Position numbers and translations under genes: made by a program | NCBI GenBank assembly: GCA_043228905.1 | Contig: JBHGNT010000010.1 | Location: 4,650,001 to 4,714,000, forward strand | DNA: 64,000 nucleotides | DNA from: Azolla caroliniana | Taxonomy: Eukaryota > Plantae > Polypodiophyta | Direction: 5' to 3' | The notes under the pieces: model-generated | What the model was told of the DNA's origin: nothing | What the model saw: only the letters and a program-made list of their open reading frames with translations | Database searches by the model: none | Part shown: piece after piece, positions 26,487-38,255 of the stretch | Numbering within the stretch: position 1 is the first letter of the stretch | How the letters are laid out: each line of letters begins with the position of its first letter

Positions 26487-27270
26487 TGTATGTATGTATG
26501 TATGTATGCCTTGTTTGTATGTATGCATTGTTTGTATGTATGTATGCCTTGTTTGTATGTATGCATTGTTTGTATGTATGTATGCCTTGTTTGTATGTAT
26601 GCATTGTTTGTATGTATGTATGCCTTGTTTGTATGTATGCATTGTTTGTATGTATGTATGCCTTGTTTGTATGTATGCATTGTTTGTATGTATGTATGCC
26701 TTGTTTGTATGTATGCATTGTTTGTATGTATGTATGCCTTGTTTGTATGTATGCATTGTTTGTATGTATGTATGCCTTGTTTGTATGTATGCATTGTTTG
26801 TATGTATGTATGTATGTATGCATTGCTTGTATGTATATGTATATATGTATGCATTGCTTGTATGTATATGTATATATGTATGCATTGTTTGTATGTATGT
26901 ATCCATCATTGCATTGTTTGTATGTATGTATGCATCATTGCATTGTTTGAATGTATGTATATGTATGCGTGTATGCGTGTATGTGCGTATGCATTGTTTG
27001 TATGTATGTATCATCATTGCATTGTTTGAATGTATATGTATGCATGTATGTGTGTATGTGTGTATGTATGAATGCATTGTTTGTATGTATGCATGCATCA
27101 TTGCATTGTTTGAATGTATATGTATGTGTGTATGTGCGTATGCATTGTTTGTATGTATGTATATATATATATATGTATGTGTGCATTGTTTGTATGTATA
27201 TGTTTGCATCATTGCATTGATTGAATGTATATGTATGCGCGTATGTTTATGTGTGTGTGTGTGTGTGCAT
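26487..27270. repeat. (GTAT)n-derived compound minisatellite: 8 identical 38-bp units followed by a degenerate tail
   Basis: Unit ccttgtttgtatgtatg+cattgtttgtatgtatgtatg starts at 26509, 26547, 26585, 26623, 26661, 26699, 26737 and 26775. Divergent variants continue to ~27270. Confidence 0.95.
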
Positions 27271-28847
27271 GTGTTGCGGGTGTGTGTCATGTCTAACCAC
27301 AATCTCATCCCAACGCCTCTGATTGGTTTCTCGTGGACACGATGATCAATCTTGTCCATTGGACATCGTGGGCATTCATTGCAAATCTAGGAGATTCGCT
27401 CAGGGCCTAGCCAATGGTGCGGATTGAACTTGGGGGCTCTCTCAACAAAGATAGATAGATGGGATGGATAGATAGATATTGATGTTTAATTATATTCTTA
27501 ACACCCATGGAAGACTAATTCCAATCCAACACAAGAGTGAGAGAGACGCAGACAAAGAGACACAGAGAGGAGGTGGATGAAGAATGGATGCGTGGGAACA
27601 CCTTGACTAGTAATTACTCGAGTAGCTTTAGTGCATGCAATTAATGAATTACGAAAAATTAAATCCAAAAGGGACGGGGTTGACCGCATCTTTTTTGCTC
27701 GAATTGTACGTATATGTAGTTGCATTAGACAAAGTGGTTGGGCTAAAGGCATTTCAGGAGAGAATAAGAAAATCTTTGGAGCAATTTGAAAGAAACTCCA
27801 GAGTATTTTTCTCGTCATACTAGCTTGCCCACTAATATTAGTTCATATTTTGAATAATTCAGAATATTTTTCTCATATTACTTCATATTTTCGAGCATTC
27901 TCGTTTCATTCTAGAATATGCTTTCACGTGTCTCACTCACTAGTTTTTGCCCATAGGAGAAGGCTGAAAGTTTGAAACCATTCATTTCCTTTGATCAATT
28001 TGAAAGCGTATCGTCTAGTTAGACGTAAAGACATGACTGAGACATGAAAAGTCAAATCGCATTAAAGAAAAGTGTAGTTTAACAATACTTGTCAAAAACA
28101 CACTTGGATAGAAATTTGAGTTAGTACATGTGAATTTTGTGTGAAACTATTGTACATCATGTAATATTCTTAATTAAGACTTTCGATGCATCCGCATAAT
28201 GCGAATTGAGTGAATTACTTTGAAAGATATGTTACAAACCATTTGCCGTGAATGCCATGATTGAAATTGAGCATAAAACATGGTCATCTAGGGGGAAGGA
28301 AACAGTCGTTACACAACATCGACAAAGTGGGCATTTTTATACAAATTTTTGTACGACATTGTTTACTCTTGCCAAGTTTTAACTATGTGCAAAGTACTTA
28401 CCCCTTCTATGAAGACATGATATCCCCGTCACATATATTTTTGTGCTCCCGTGATTGGATAACTAAAGACAAGACTTCTCTAAGTTTTTCTCTCTAGAAG
28501 CACATGCTTTACACATTGTCTTCTCACTCACTACCTATAATGTGTTGTGTTCTTTGTGACTATTGCTCTACATATAGTATTATTATTATTACAAGTATTA
28601 TCAAAATTCAATGTAAGAAATTGTGCCCATGAAGTGTGTGTCATTGTATTGGTGCTTGGCCCAATATCTATATATAAGGATCTTTGACCCTTGAATCGAT
28701 TCGCCCATCTTGTGTGGAAACTTCAAAATGGTTCTTCGATGATCCTTTATTATATTATTGATGTATTATGTGGATATACTACAACTCTTTAAAAAATGCA
28801 ATCATCATAAATAAATAAATTGACGCACAATCGTAGAGGAGTGATAG

Positions 28848-31523
28848 TTTTTTTTTTACCATAAAACATATGCTCCATTGGTATTAATAAAAAGCCCGGA
28901 GGCAGTATACAAATAGTACATAATATTGTTTCATCTCCACAGTATATCTGAAATGATTCTAGTATTTGTAAAAACTGTTGGGAAAAAAAAACCAGCCATA
29001 AAACACAGCATTGATTCCAGTGATCTGCTGCAAATTCCATGTCCTCCGTCTTTCCAATCATATGTGTCAGGTGTAAGAAGATTTCCGTCTCTGTAAGAAG
29101 ATTCACCATCCCAAGAGAAGCAGTTGCAAACAGATCCCATTTGCTTCGATCCCCACAACTTATTCACTCTCCCTTCATGATGTGCTTCGGCCCCCTCACC
29201 ATCATCACTCCTAAAATCAACCAAATTGCTTCATTCAATCCACCTCCACCATCTCGCCGAATGCCACCAATGTCCTGTGGAATTAACAACAAAATAAATA
29301 AAAATTCCTCATCCCCTCATGAGCTGCTTCGATCCCCCCCACCATCATCACTCCTAAAACAGACACATTGCTTCCTTTAGTCCACATCCACCATCTCGCC
29401 GAATAGCACCAATGTCCTGTGCAATGAATCAACAAAAATGAGAAATTGTTCCTCATTCCCTCATGATTTGCTTCGTTCCCCCACACCATCGTCACTCCTA
29501 AAAACAGAGAAATTGCTTCAGTCAAACCACATCCACCATCTCGCCGAACACCACCTCTGACCTATACAAAAACAACAAAAACAAGTGAATAATGGTTCCT
29601 CATCTCCTCATGATTTGCTTCTGTCCCCCCCACCATCATCACTCCTAAAAACAAACAAATTGCTTCAATCAATCCACATCCACCATCTCGCCGAGTACCG
29701 CCAATATCCTGTGTAATTAACAACAAAATAAGTGAACAATGATTCCTCTCCCCTCCTGATCTGCTTCAGCCCTCACACCAACACCACTCATCCTCACACC
29801 ATGACAAAGTTGCTTCAAATCCCACTGCCATCATCCCGCAACCTATGAGAACCATAATATCTGTCTTAAGTCAACCCATATGTAGGGTATCTTGCTTCCC
29901 CTATTCCATCTCACCGATTAACGCGGCCCTGTAACACAACAAAAATGAGCGAAAATCATTCCTCGCCTTCTCATAATAATCTGCTTCAGCCCCCACTCCA
30001 ACATCACTCATCCTAACCACAAAAAACAGAAAAACGGCTTCGTCCTGTCCCCATCTACCATCTCACTATCTCTGATTCGACAATCCTGTTACACTAACAA
30101 CCAACAAACGAGTAGAAAACAAACAGAAATCCTCACCTTCTCCTAGTAATCTTTGACAACCCCCACCACCATCAGTCATCCTAATCACAAAACAACTTAA
30201 ACCTATTTCAACCTGTCCACATCCACCATGTCGATGTCTCTGATTATCACACGAAATCTGCCTCATACCACTAAAATCTTCTTTTACTAGCCTGATTCAG
30301 CATCCAGAACATCATCCCATTTCCTCATATCTTCTTCTAGCATATGTATATCTTACCTACATTAAAATAGGCTTCATACATGCCGCCACTGTCTCCTCCC
30401 TGTTATCTCATGTTGTTCGCCATAAGAATGGTACTGGTGGCGGGAACAACCAACGAGGTGGCACATAACTCCACCTAACCTCCGTGCCTGCATCTAACAT
30501 TATAGGAATAGCTGACCAAACTCGTCGTAATCTCTTTCTTTTTCGAATGGTTGTGTTTCCATAGCCTTTATACCTGTCATACTCACCTTTAACCGAATGT
30601 ACTAATAAATTCCAAAAAGACTTTACCTGATCCACAACGTGAATGTCTTCATCATTGTATAACTTGGAGCACCGAGCTTTCCAAAGAACCCATAGAGACA
30701 ACGAGGAGACAATCTGCCAAACATAGCTCCACGAGAAGAACTTGACTCCCTGCAAGGATCCTGAAGTAGAATATACTTGAAAACTTCTTACATATAAAGA
30801 CAATGAAGAATGATTATAATGATAAAAAGCCCTTTGTTGATCCAACATTCCCCAAAAGACTGCACCCCACGTAAAAATAGCAGACTTATACTTATGGCCT
30901 AGAAGCCTAAGAATTCGACACCAAAAACTTTTTGCGGAAACACATTCCCAAAATGCATGATGCAATGTCTCATCCGCAAACCCACACATAATACATGACC
31001 GATTACTCACCGATCCCCTCAATAAATGACCTATTGGCAATGCATAATGAATCATCAACCACCGAAAATGCAATATCTTATTCATGCATTTAATAGACCA
31101 AAACTGTTTCCAAAACATAACCATATGAGTAGATGAAACATTACCTTCCTCCCAATACTTTTTTCCAGCAGGTATCGGCTCGGTCTGCCTCAACATAAAA
31201 TTCCTACCAAACGCTACTGAATATTTGAAAAAAGGAAGGATCTTAGTCGAAGAGTCAGATATGGATAATTTCCAACCATAATCCGTTGGATCCCACTGCA
31301 GGTCATCAATAGGTTTAGAGTCTAACACCAAAATATGAGATGAAAAATTAACTATTAGTGGACTAGGATCAATATATATATTTTTATGTAATCTAGCAAT
31401 TACTCGCACTGGCAATTGCTTTGCAGCCAACATGATTTGAGACTCCTCATCCACTAGTATCAACCTACCATTGTCCAACACTTCATAAAAATAAATGCTA
31501 CCATTTTGATCATATAACAATAA
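28848..31523 (-). mobile_element. 5'-truncated L1-clade LINE: ORF2 C-terminus (zf-RVT) plus long repeat-containing 3' UTR and poly(A)
   Basis: Open ORF 31520-30408 with FWKQFWSIKCMNKILHFRWLMIHYALP..SCIMCGFADETLHHAFWEC..WKARC (zf-RVT pattern). Minus-strand A10 tail at 28848-28857. Confidence 0.82.
29140..30250. repeat. Tandem array of ~143-147-bp units within the L1 3' UTR
   Basis: Anchor tcatga..tgcttc..cccc recurs at ~29176, 29317, 29461, 29607 and 29754, with ccaccatctcgccga in the well-conserved units. More diverged copies extend to ~30250. Confidence 0.88.
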
Positions 31524-31859
31524 TTTTTACGTACCAAGCCATGGTTTAGGGATATAGAATCAATAATTGAGAACAATATTGTATCTTAATGAAAAAATAT
31601 TATGTCATTTGTGCTTCCATGTATGTGTATGACATAAATACGAGTTTACCTTGTATCATAGTCAATATCTCTAAGATCTATTGCGTACCAAGCCATGGTT
31701 TTTACGTAACAAGCCATGGTTTAGGGATATAGAATCAATAATTGAGAACAATATTGTATCTTAATGAAAAAATATTATGTCATTTGTGCTTCCATGTATG
31801 TGTATGACATAAATACGAGTTTACCTTGTATCATAGTCAATATCTCTAAGATCTATTGC
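31524..31859. repeat. ~160-bp near-perfect tandem duplication at the L1 5' junction
   Basis: tttttacgta(c/a)caagccatggtttagggatatag...aagatctattgc at ~31524-31684 and ~31699-31859, with an extra gtaccaagccatgg copy between them. Confidence 0.93.
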
Positions 31860-31956
31860 TTCTTTGGCTTCCCTTATTAGTTGAATCACCTTTTTGTGAA
31901 TTACTACACATACACGCTATGGATTTTTCTACATGTTTGTGCACTAATCCCTCTCT

Positions 31957-32264
31957 CATAATTAGTTTACCCTAGTGGTAAGTTGTTACACTAGGACTAG
32001 GGTTCGAAACCTAATTTTCTCATCTCTCTATTATATACTTCATACATATCTCTTAATTCACTTGATACCTCATAATTAGCTTACCCTAGTGGTAAGTTGT
32101 TACACTACAAACACTACGGTTCGATATCTCTTAATTCACTTGATACCTCATAATTAGCTTACCCTAGTGGTAAGTTGTTACACTACAAACACTACGGTTC
32201 GAAACCTAATTTTCTCACCTCTCTATTATATACTTCATACATATCTCTTAATTCACTAGATACC
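31957..32264 (+). repeat. Three tandem units carrying tRNA-like A-box/B-box motifs
   Basis: cataattag(t/c)ttaccctagtggtaagttgttacacta...ggttcga(aacc) starts at ~31957, ~32071 and ~32149. Confidence 0.8.
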
Positions 32265-32267
32265 ATT

Positions 32268-32338
32268 GTGGAATGTAGGGGTTGAACCCATGACCACCTG
32301 GTCTCCATTGGGCAACCTGACCAACTGAGCTACATCCA
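32268..32338 (-). ncRNA. tRNA-derived sequence (SINE head or tRNA pseudogene)
   Basis: Minus strand reads TGGATGTAGCTCAGTTGGTCAGG...GGTCATGGGTTCAACCCCTACATTCCA, with A-box TAGCTCAGTTGG, B-box GGTTCAACCCC and partly complementary ends. The anticodon arm is not canonical. Confidence 0.55.
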
Positions 32339-33759
32339 TATGAGCTCTTTCTTTCTCTCTCGACAGTCTTGAAAGGGAGATGTTCACATTGTTTTGACAA
32401 TATTTTGCCCACTTTTTCACACTTAAGGGCAATACCTTTTGACATTAACAACCACACATTAGTAAAAGTAGAAGGTGTGTTACGACGTCTTTGCAAAACT
32501 CGATGAAGAGCAGACAACAAATATCGACCATGGGTCCATGATCTTTGACTATCATCTCACATTCAATATTGCATCTTCAATGGCAAGTGCAAGAGTATTA
32601 ATACCAATTGTCAGCCTCAAATCATTTAATGGTATATGATGGATATATAAATCACAATCTTGGGAGCGTTATTCGTAGATCTACAACCATAGCATTTTAG
32701 CTCAACAAAGGCATATCTTAATATGCTTTTGTTCACTAAAAGTTAGCATTAGCAAATTTGTATCTTGTAGGGACTTGGAAGGTTACATCACACGTGTCTA
32801 TCAACAAGATCACACATACATACATCAACACGTATAACATAACTCAATATTTCAAAATCCAATATCTTACCACTATGTTAGTTGTGGCTTGTCCTTTTTC
32901 TCTCCCTCTAGAAAGCGAAAATTTACAATTATTCTGCCCTGATATTATTTGTCTATGCATAGCAAGGCTAAATACATATTTCCAAATCACATGTTAGGTT
33001 CTAGTATCCAACAAGTTTTACATTAGCAATGCTGTGAAGTTAGACAATTATGTGTGAAATGTGAGCGGGATTGTTGGGGATTTGAATCACAGAATATTAC
33101 ATTACCTCAAGTCACTATTGTGTCACCTTGTGGGGCAGTTGATGGTTGCTCCTTCGTTGTCCTCCCTTTTCTTTTTTCACCTTATTGCTCGTCGATACAC
33201 AAAATAGAGGGGAGGGGGGGGGGGGGTGCAACATTTCACCCATTCATGGAATTTCGATTTCACAAGGGCTTTTGTGGGGTTTCAATTCCACAAAAGCTTT
33301 GGGTTTTTGTTGAATTAATTCTACAAATAGTCTCTTTGTCACAAGCCATCACGAGCATTGTCTAGATGGTGAAACACTTTAGTTTTGGCTCAATGAGCAA
33401 GTTCGACTCTTGAAGCTCCTAGTTTTCTCGTTATGACGTAAAAGATCCTTTGGTACATCTTTGGCCATACCCATAGCCTATCATAAACTTGAATTTCAAA
33501 CACTTTCCTCCTCTAAATACACCATGTCACAACAGTGTATGCACCTTGAGACTCTTTATTGTTTATTCAAGCAAAGTTGATGGTTATTAAGGAAAAATAA
33601 TATCTTACTTGATGTTAAAGCATATTTTGTTTTAATATCACTAGAAGACGCACGACTACAAAATGAGTTATAAATAACTTGTTACTAATACTTCCATTCA
33701 ACAAGTTACTAGCATTTGGACAAAGTGATGGAAATTAATGGCAAAAGATCGATTTTTCC

Positions 33760-36110
33760 CCCTACAATATCATAAGAAATTTTGCCACAATATCCCTACC
33801 AGAAGTTCCATAAACAAAAACGTTGGAACTACCAACACTAGTTTCCAACAACTAGAAAATGTCAATAGAATTAAAGTGCAAGAAATTATGGTACTATTTT
33901 TTAAAACTTATTTTCCAACATTTCTGAAGTGTTGGAGACACACACAATTGGTAAATTTTGCTAGAATTTTCATCACTTTAGTTCTCATTGTATATTTCCA
34001 ACACTTTCGATAATTGTTAGAATTTTGGGCACTAAAAATCTAATGTTGGAGATTTTTATCTATAACTGCATAAATTTCCAACATTTTGTCAATTCCCATT
34101 CAAATTTGGAAAATCTTGATAATTTGATTCTTAGTTATCTTATAATATTCAAATCTTTTTGTTGCTTTTGCAGAGATGTAGCTGAAAAACACAACACTTT
34201 TTAATTGAAAAACATTTTGAGAATTTAGTGTAAATTATTATTTATCATTATGCTTATACAATATTAGCATTAGAAATCAATATGAGCAATTGAGATGGCA
34301 CCAACAAATTTTTTGAGAGACCTATTATGTGTGGGTGCGGCAATTCCAAGCATCGAAGTGGTTGAAAATGACATATCATATATGTAAATAGATACAAAGA
34401 GCATGACAAAAGAGTCGTTTGATAACAATTTATGAACTTGAACAATGATGAATCAATGAGTATGTTAATTGTATTGTTTTTGTGAGTCTTATTCATAATA
34501 AACATGCGGACAAAAAAGATGGAATGGGATTTAGCTAAATTGTGTGAAGTGATACCTCAAATTCTTTGTTTGGTTCCTTGCTTATGATAGTAATGTTGGA
34601 CATGTTTGGTGACAATTAGCTAGTCTCTAGAGGCATGCCTATATACTCTCATCATCACACATTTGCAACTTTGAGCCCATATTCAACATACAAGTCATAA
34701 AACCTTCCCTCAAATTTGGACTATCCCCATCCTCTCTTACATATGGATTAGCTATCCATCAACTCTACACCAAACAAGGAATCTAGTGCGATGCAATGAA
34801 AGCATTATCACATGTGGGGTTAGATTAGGGCACAATACATTATTGTCTGAATGATTGTATGATGATTTGTAAAGACCGTCATGACAAGAACAGTTGCCCT
34901 ATGTGTGGTGCAAACCATTATCACAAAGACCTTCAAGGAGGTAATATACCATGTTAAATGCTATGACATTTTTCTCTCATTCCCTTGTTAAGGCATATGT
35001 ATTGATGCAAATAAACTACAACCTTGATGACATGGCATAAGAAGGTTATATCGAAAATTGATATAACTGAGGCATGTGGTATTAAGTCTACTAATTCATC
35101 TACATGACTCATGGTTTTAGTAAACCACCAGCCTTTTCAATCAAGTAAGTTCAGTAGATCCTTCTAGTGACCTTTCTTTATTGATGTCAAGGAAACATAA
35201 GGTGAGTAATATGCAATTTACACAACCTTTGATAGATGAGTTAAAGAGGAATTGGTAAGGTATTAATATGCTAGATTTCCTAGACAATGCAAGCAATGTC
35301 ATGTATGAAGTGCACGTGGACTATGCATGATTTACTTGGGATTTGGAGGATGTTTTGGAACTTTAGTGAATGGAAAGAATGCATGTTATGGTCATATGTT
35401 TAAGACTATATAGTCACTGATTGGAAAACATAAGCTATGAGAATCATTCTAAGTTTTCTCCTATAAACCATTTGGTTTGGACTCACTTGGACAAGTATAC
35501 TAGGCCTCTCCCTTGTACGATTACAAATATTGGCATGATGGGATGGCAAGGAAACAATGAGATGCCTCCTGAGAAAGAATGAAGAATTGTCAATCTTCAA
35601 TAGATTTTATTATCGGGATCCTTTACTTATCCGTCATATTCTTGACCTTATCCCATTGTGTTTGGTCAAAGAGATTGGCCATGCCTTGATAAGAGAGGTG
35701 AGGAAGATGCATTTCAATATGTTGTGCATATAGAGAAACATTACCCAACCAATATTTTGAAATCCAAACACACTTGATGGTGCCTCCCATTGATGAGTGG
35801 AACTTTTTGGAATGGTGGTCAATAGTAGATGGATCTTCTATCTCAAGTAGTTTATAAAGAAACCCAAAGGTTTTGTGAGACAAAAGACTCATCTAGAAGC
35901 TAATAGTGGGATACTTTATATATGAATCGTACTTGTATGTAATTGAGTACCTTGATTGGATGGAATATGTGGACCTGACTTTAGTGTGGAATGCAAAAGA
36001 AGATGATAGAATGTCTTGGGGTGTGCCTCAAGGCAACACCGTTACAATATGCTATATGATATGGATATGGCATATTATGGTTACATAGGAGGGATTTTCG
36101 AGCTTTCGTA
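33760..36110 (+). mobile_element. Degenerate CACTA (En/Spm) DNA transposon remnant
   Basis: Left end CCCTACAA (1 mismatch to CACTACAA), followed by repeated TTCCAACA/TGTTGGA subterminal motifs at ~33820-34085. Transposase remnants IHYCLNDCMM..CPMCGANHY..HFSLIPLLRHMY..LMTWH (~34835-35040), QPLIDELK (~35224) and WTMHD (~35318). Many stops; right end not found. Confidence 0.72.
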
Positions 36111-36429
36111 TTTGAGGAAACTAGGGTGATGTTTGATATTTATGTGATTGCTACCTTTGAACAAAATCTACATTCAATTGGTGATGTTAAGTATATATCC
36201 CACCTTCGCCCTCCTATTGTATAGTTTAGGGATACACTAGAGACCCCTTGGAGTTCTAACTAAGGCAATAGAGAGGATGGACTAAATATTGCAAATGTAT
36301 GAATGTGTTATATATAAACTTTAATATCCTTGCAAATGGGTGAGGAGTATAATTGCAGTAAATTTAAATAATGTAGAACTATAATTACACTAAAAAACTC
36401 AAAGGTCTTACGGATAATTTACATACCTT

Positions 36430-36860
36430 ATAACCTTGTATAGGTTGCATTCTTGGTAAATGAAACAAACACATTTTCCAAAATCAAACATTGACACAAA
36501 ACAACCCCTTCGACTAATTCGCAGTGACCTATGTGAACCTATGCAAACCACATCAATGACAGGTTTTACTTCTCAACCTTCATAGATTATCATACAAAAT
36601 TTACCAGGTTTTCATTCTTGAAAGAAAAATTAGAAACACTAGGAAAATTCAAAGCATATAGAACCCTTGTAGAAAACCAACTAAACATGAACATTAAAAT
36701 AGTCCACACTAATAATGGGGGGGGGGGGGGGATTTATATCCAACAAGTTCAAAGAATACTTGCAAGAAAACGGCATAATACATCAATATACATTGGGATA
36801 AACCCTCAATAAAATGGAAAAGCAAAAAAGTAAAAAACTCATGCTCATCAATAGTGAAAG
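36430..36860 (+). mobile_element. Degenerate Ty1/copia integrase fragment
   Basis: CIGCILGK..PLRLIRSDLCEPMQTTS..FIDYHTKF..LKEKLETLGKFKAYRTLVENQLNMNIKIVHTNNGG, with a poly-G expansion and frameshifts. Confidence 0.75.
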
Positions 36861-38255
36861 ATAAATGCTCAAAGCTATTTAGATCAATCTCTAGATCCAT
36901 GCCTATTTTCAGTTCCCAGAAGCATTTCATTGTTTAACATGCCCTTCCTCATCTTTGAGTGCCTAGGTAACCACCATAAGCTTTTTCTTGTGTGAACCTT
37001 GACGTTGAAAGCCATTGAACTACTTCAACGTGCCACTACATGATATAGATATCTTATCAATGTTTGTATGGAATAAATCATGGATGTGCCTTGCCCATCG
37101 TCAGGATTCTTCCATGTTGGCATGTGTGACTCCATTGACTCACATCAGAAGTTGGAGATAAGCGGACTAGAATCGTTGGCATCTGCCACACGGTAATCGA
37201 TTGTCTCTCAAAACTACCTGAATTGTTCTCTACCACGGAGTCCGACGATAGACAATTACTCCCCTCCGAACAAGGCTTACAACTTCCATTGTACTGTGTT
37301 ATTTGAGGGAGCCTTTATTTCTGAGTTAGAGGTATTGAATAGAGGTCTCAAGGGTTCTTCCGGTTGGATTGGCTCTATCTACAATAGAACCGGAAAGGAC
37401 CACCACCCTTCACCTCTTTCGTTCAACCATGTTACCCTCAAAGTTGAGTAATTGCCCTTCTCCGACCCTTCCCACCACTAGAAGCAAATAATTCATTCCA
37501 CTTCAACTATTCTTTGAATCTAGTTGTATGGTCGATCTGTTGTGTAACACATCTGATATGTTGAGGGGTTCTGTGATTAGAACCACAACACACTACCTCA
37601 ACAGATGAGGCGAGACCTTCTCGACAGGTGGAGAGGATGCCCATGACTCGAGGTGTGAATCATGGACTTCTAAGTCTTCTTGACGAATGGAGAAGACGCC
37701 CATGACTCAAGGTGTGAGTCATGGGCTTGTGGCATAGTCATGTAACAATTGCTTCATGATATAAAAACAAACTCAAATATTATATCAAATGAAATTTGTG
37801 AGCTTTGAACCCATAAGCTTGTATATCAACTGTAAAGCACAAACCATTAAAATAAGCTATGTTGGTATAACTATATTATAATCATCATAGTTGTGGCTTT
37901 TATCTATTGATGGCTATCATGCATCACATCCATTTCATGCATGGCATGCTTCTCATGCACCCTCATATACGTCATATGCATGTGAGCACCTATATAAAGA
38001 GAGGGAAGGGATGCATGTAAAGTTTTTTTTTTTCCGAAAAATCATATTTAATTAATCAATCAAACAAGTTAATTAAAGAGTTTTTGTCTTTCAAAATTGA
38101 AGTCAAGGGTTCAGGAGGTCCAAATTATTCACTAAGTAATCCTTCACACAATCAAGCAATGTGGTCATGGAAGTTTGAGTTTGATCAAAGATCCACCCTA
38201 ATCACAATTCTTTTTTGTGGTGTGTGATCCTAGGATGCGTTCAACACCCTTGAAA

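Noticed and set aside
26509-26812. Regular repeat array resembling CRISPR
   Set aside because: Units are contiguous with no unique spacers, there are no cas genes, and the context is eukaryotic. The same applies to the arrays at 8773-8985 and 29140-30250.
26084-27359. Long ORFs (170-300 aa) in all six frames
   Set aside because: They are translations of a stop-free GTAT-based minisatellite, with no sign of a real protein.
32450-33600. Possible very old minus-strand copia RT/RNase H remnant
   Set aside because: The motif resemblance is too weak to support by eye and would need a profile search.
37741-38245. Possible solo LTR (TGTAAC...TTCAACA with TATA at ~37990)
   Set aside because: The flanks (AGTCA and CCCTT) are not a TSD and the boundaries cannot be fixed without family copies.
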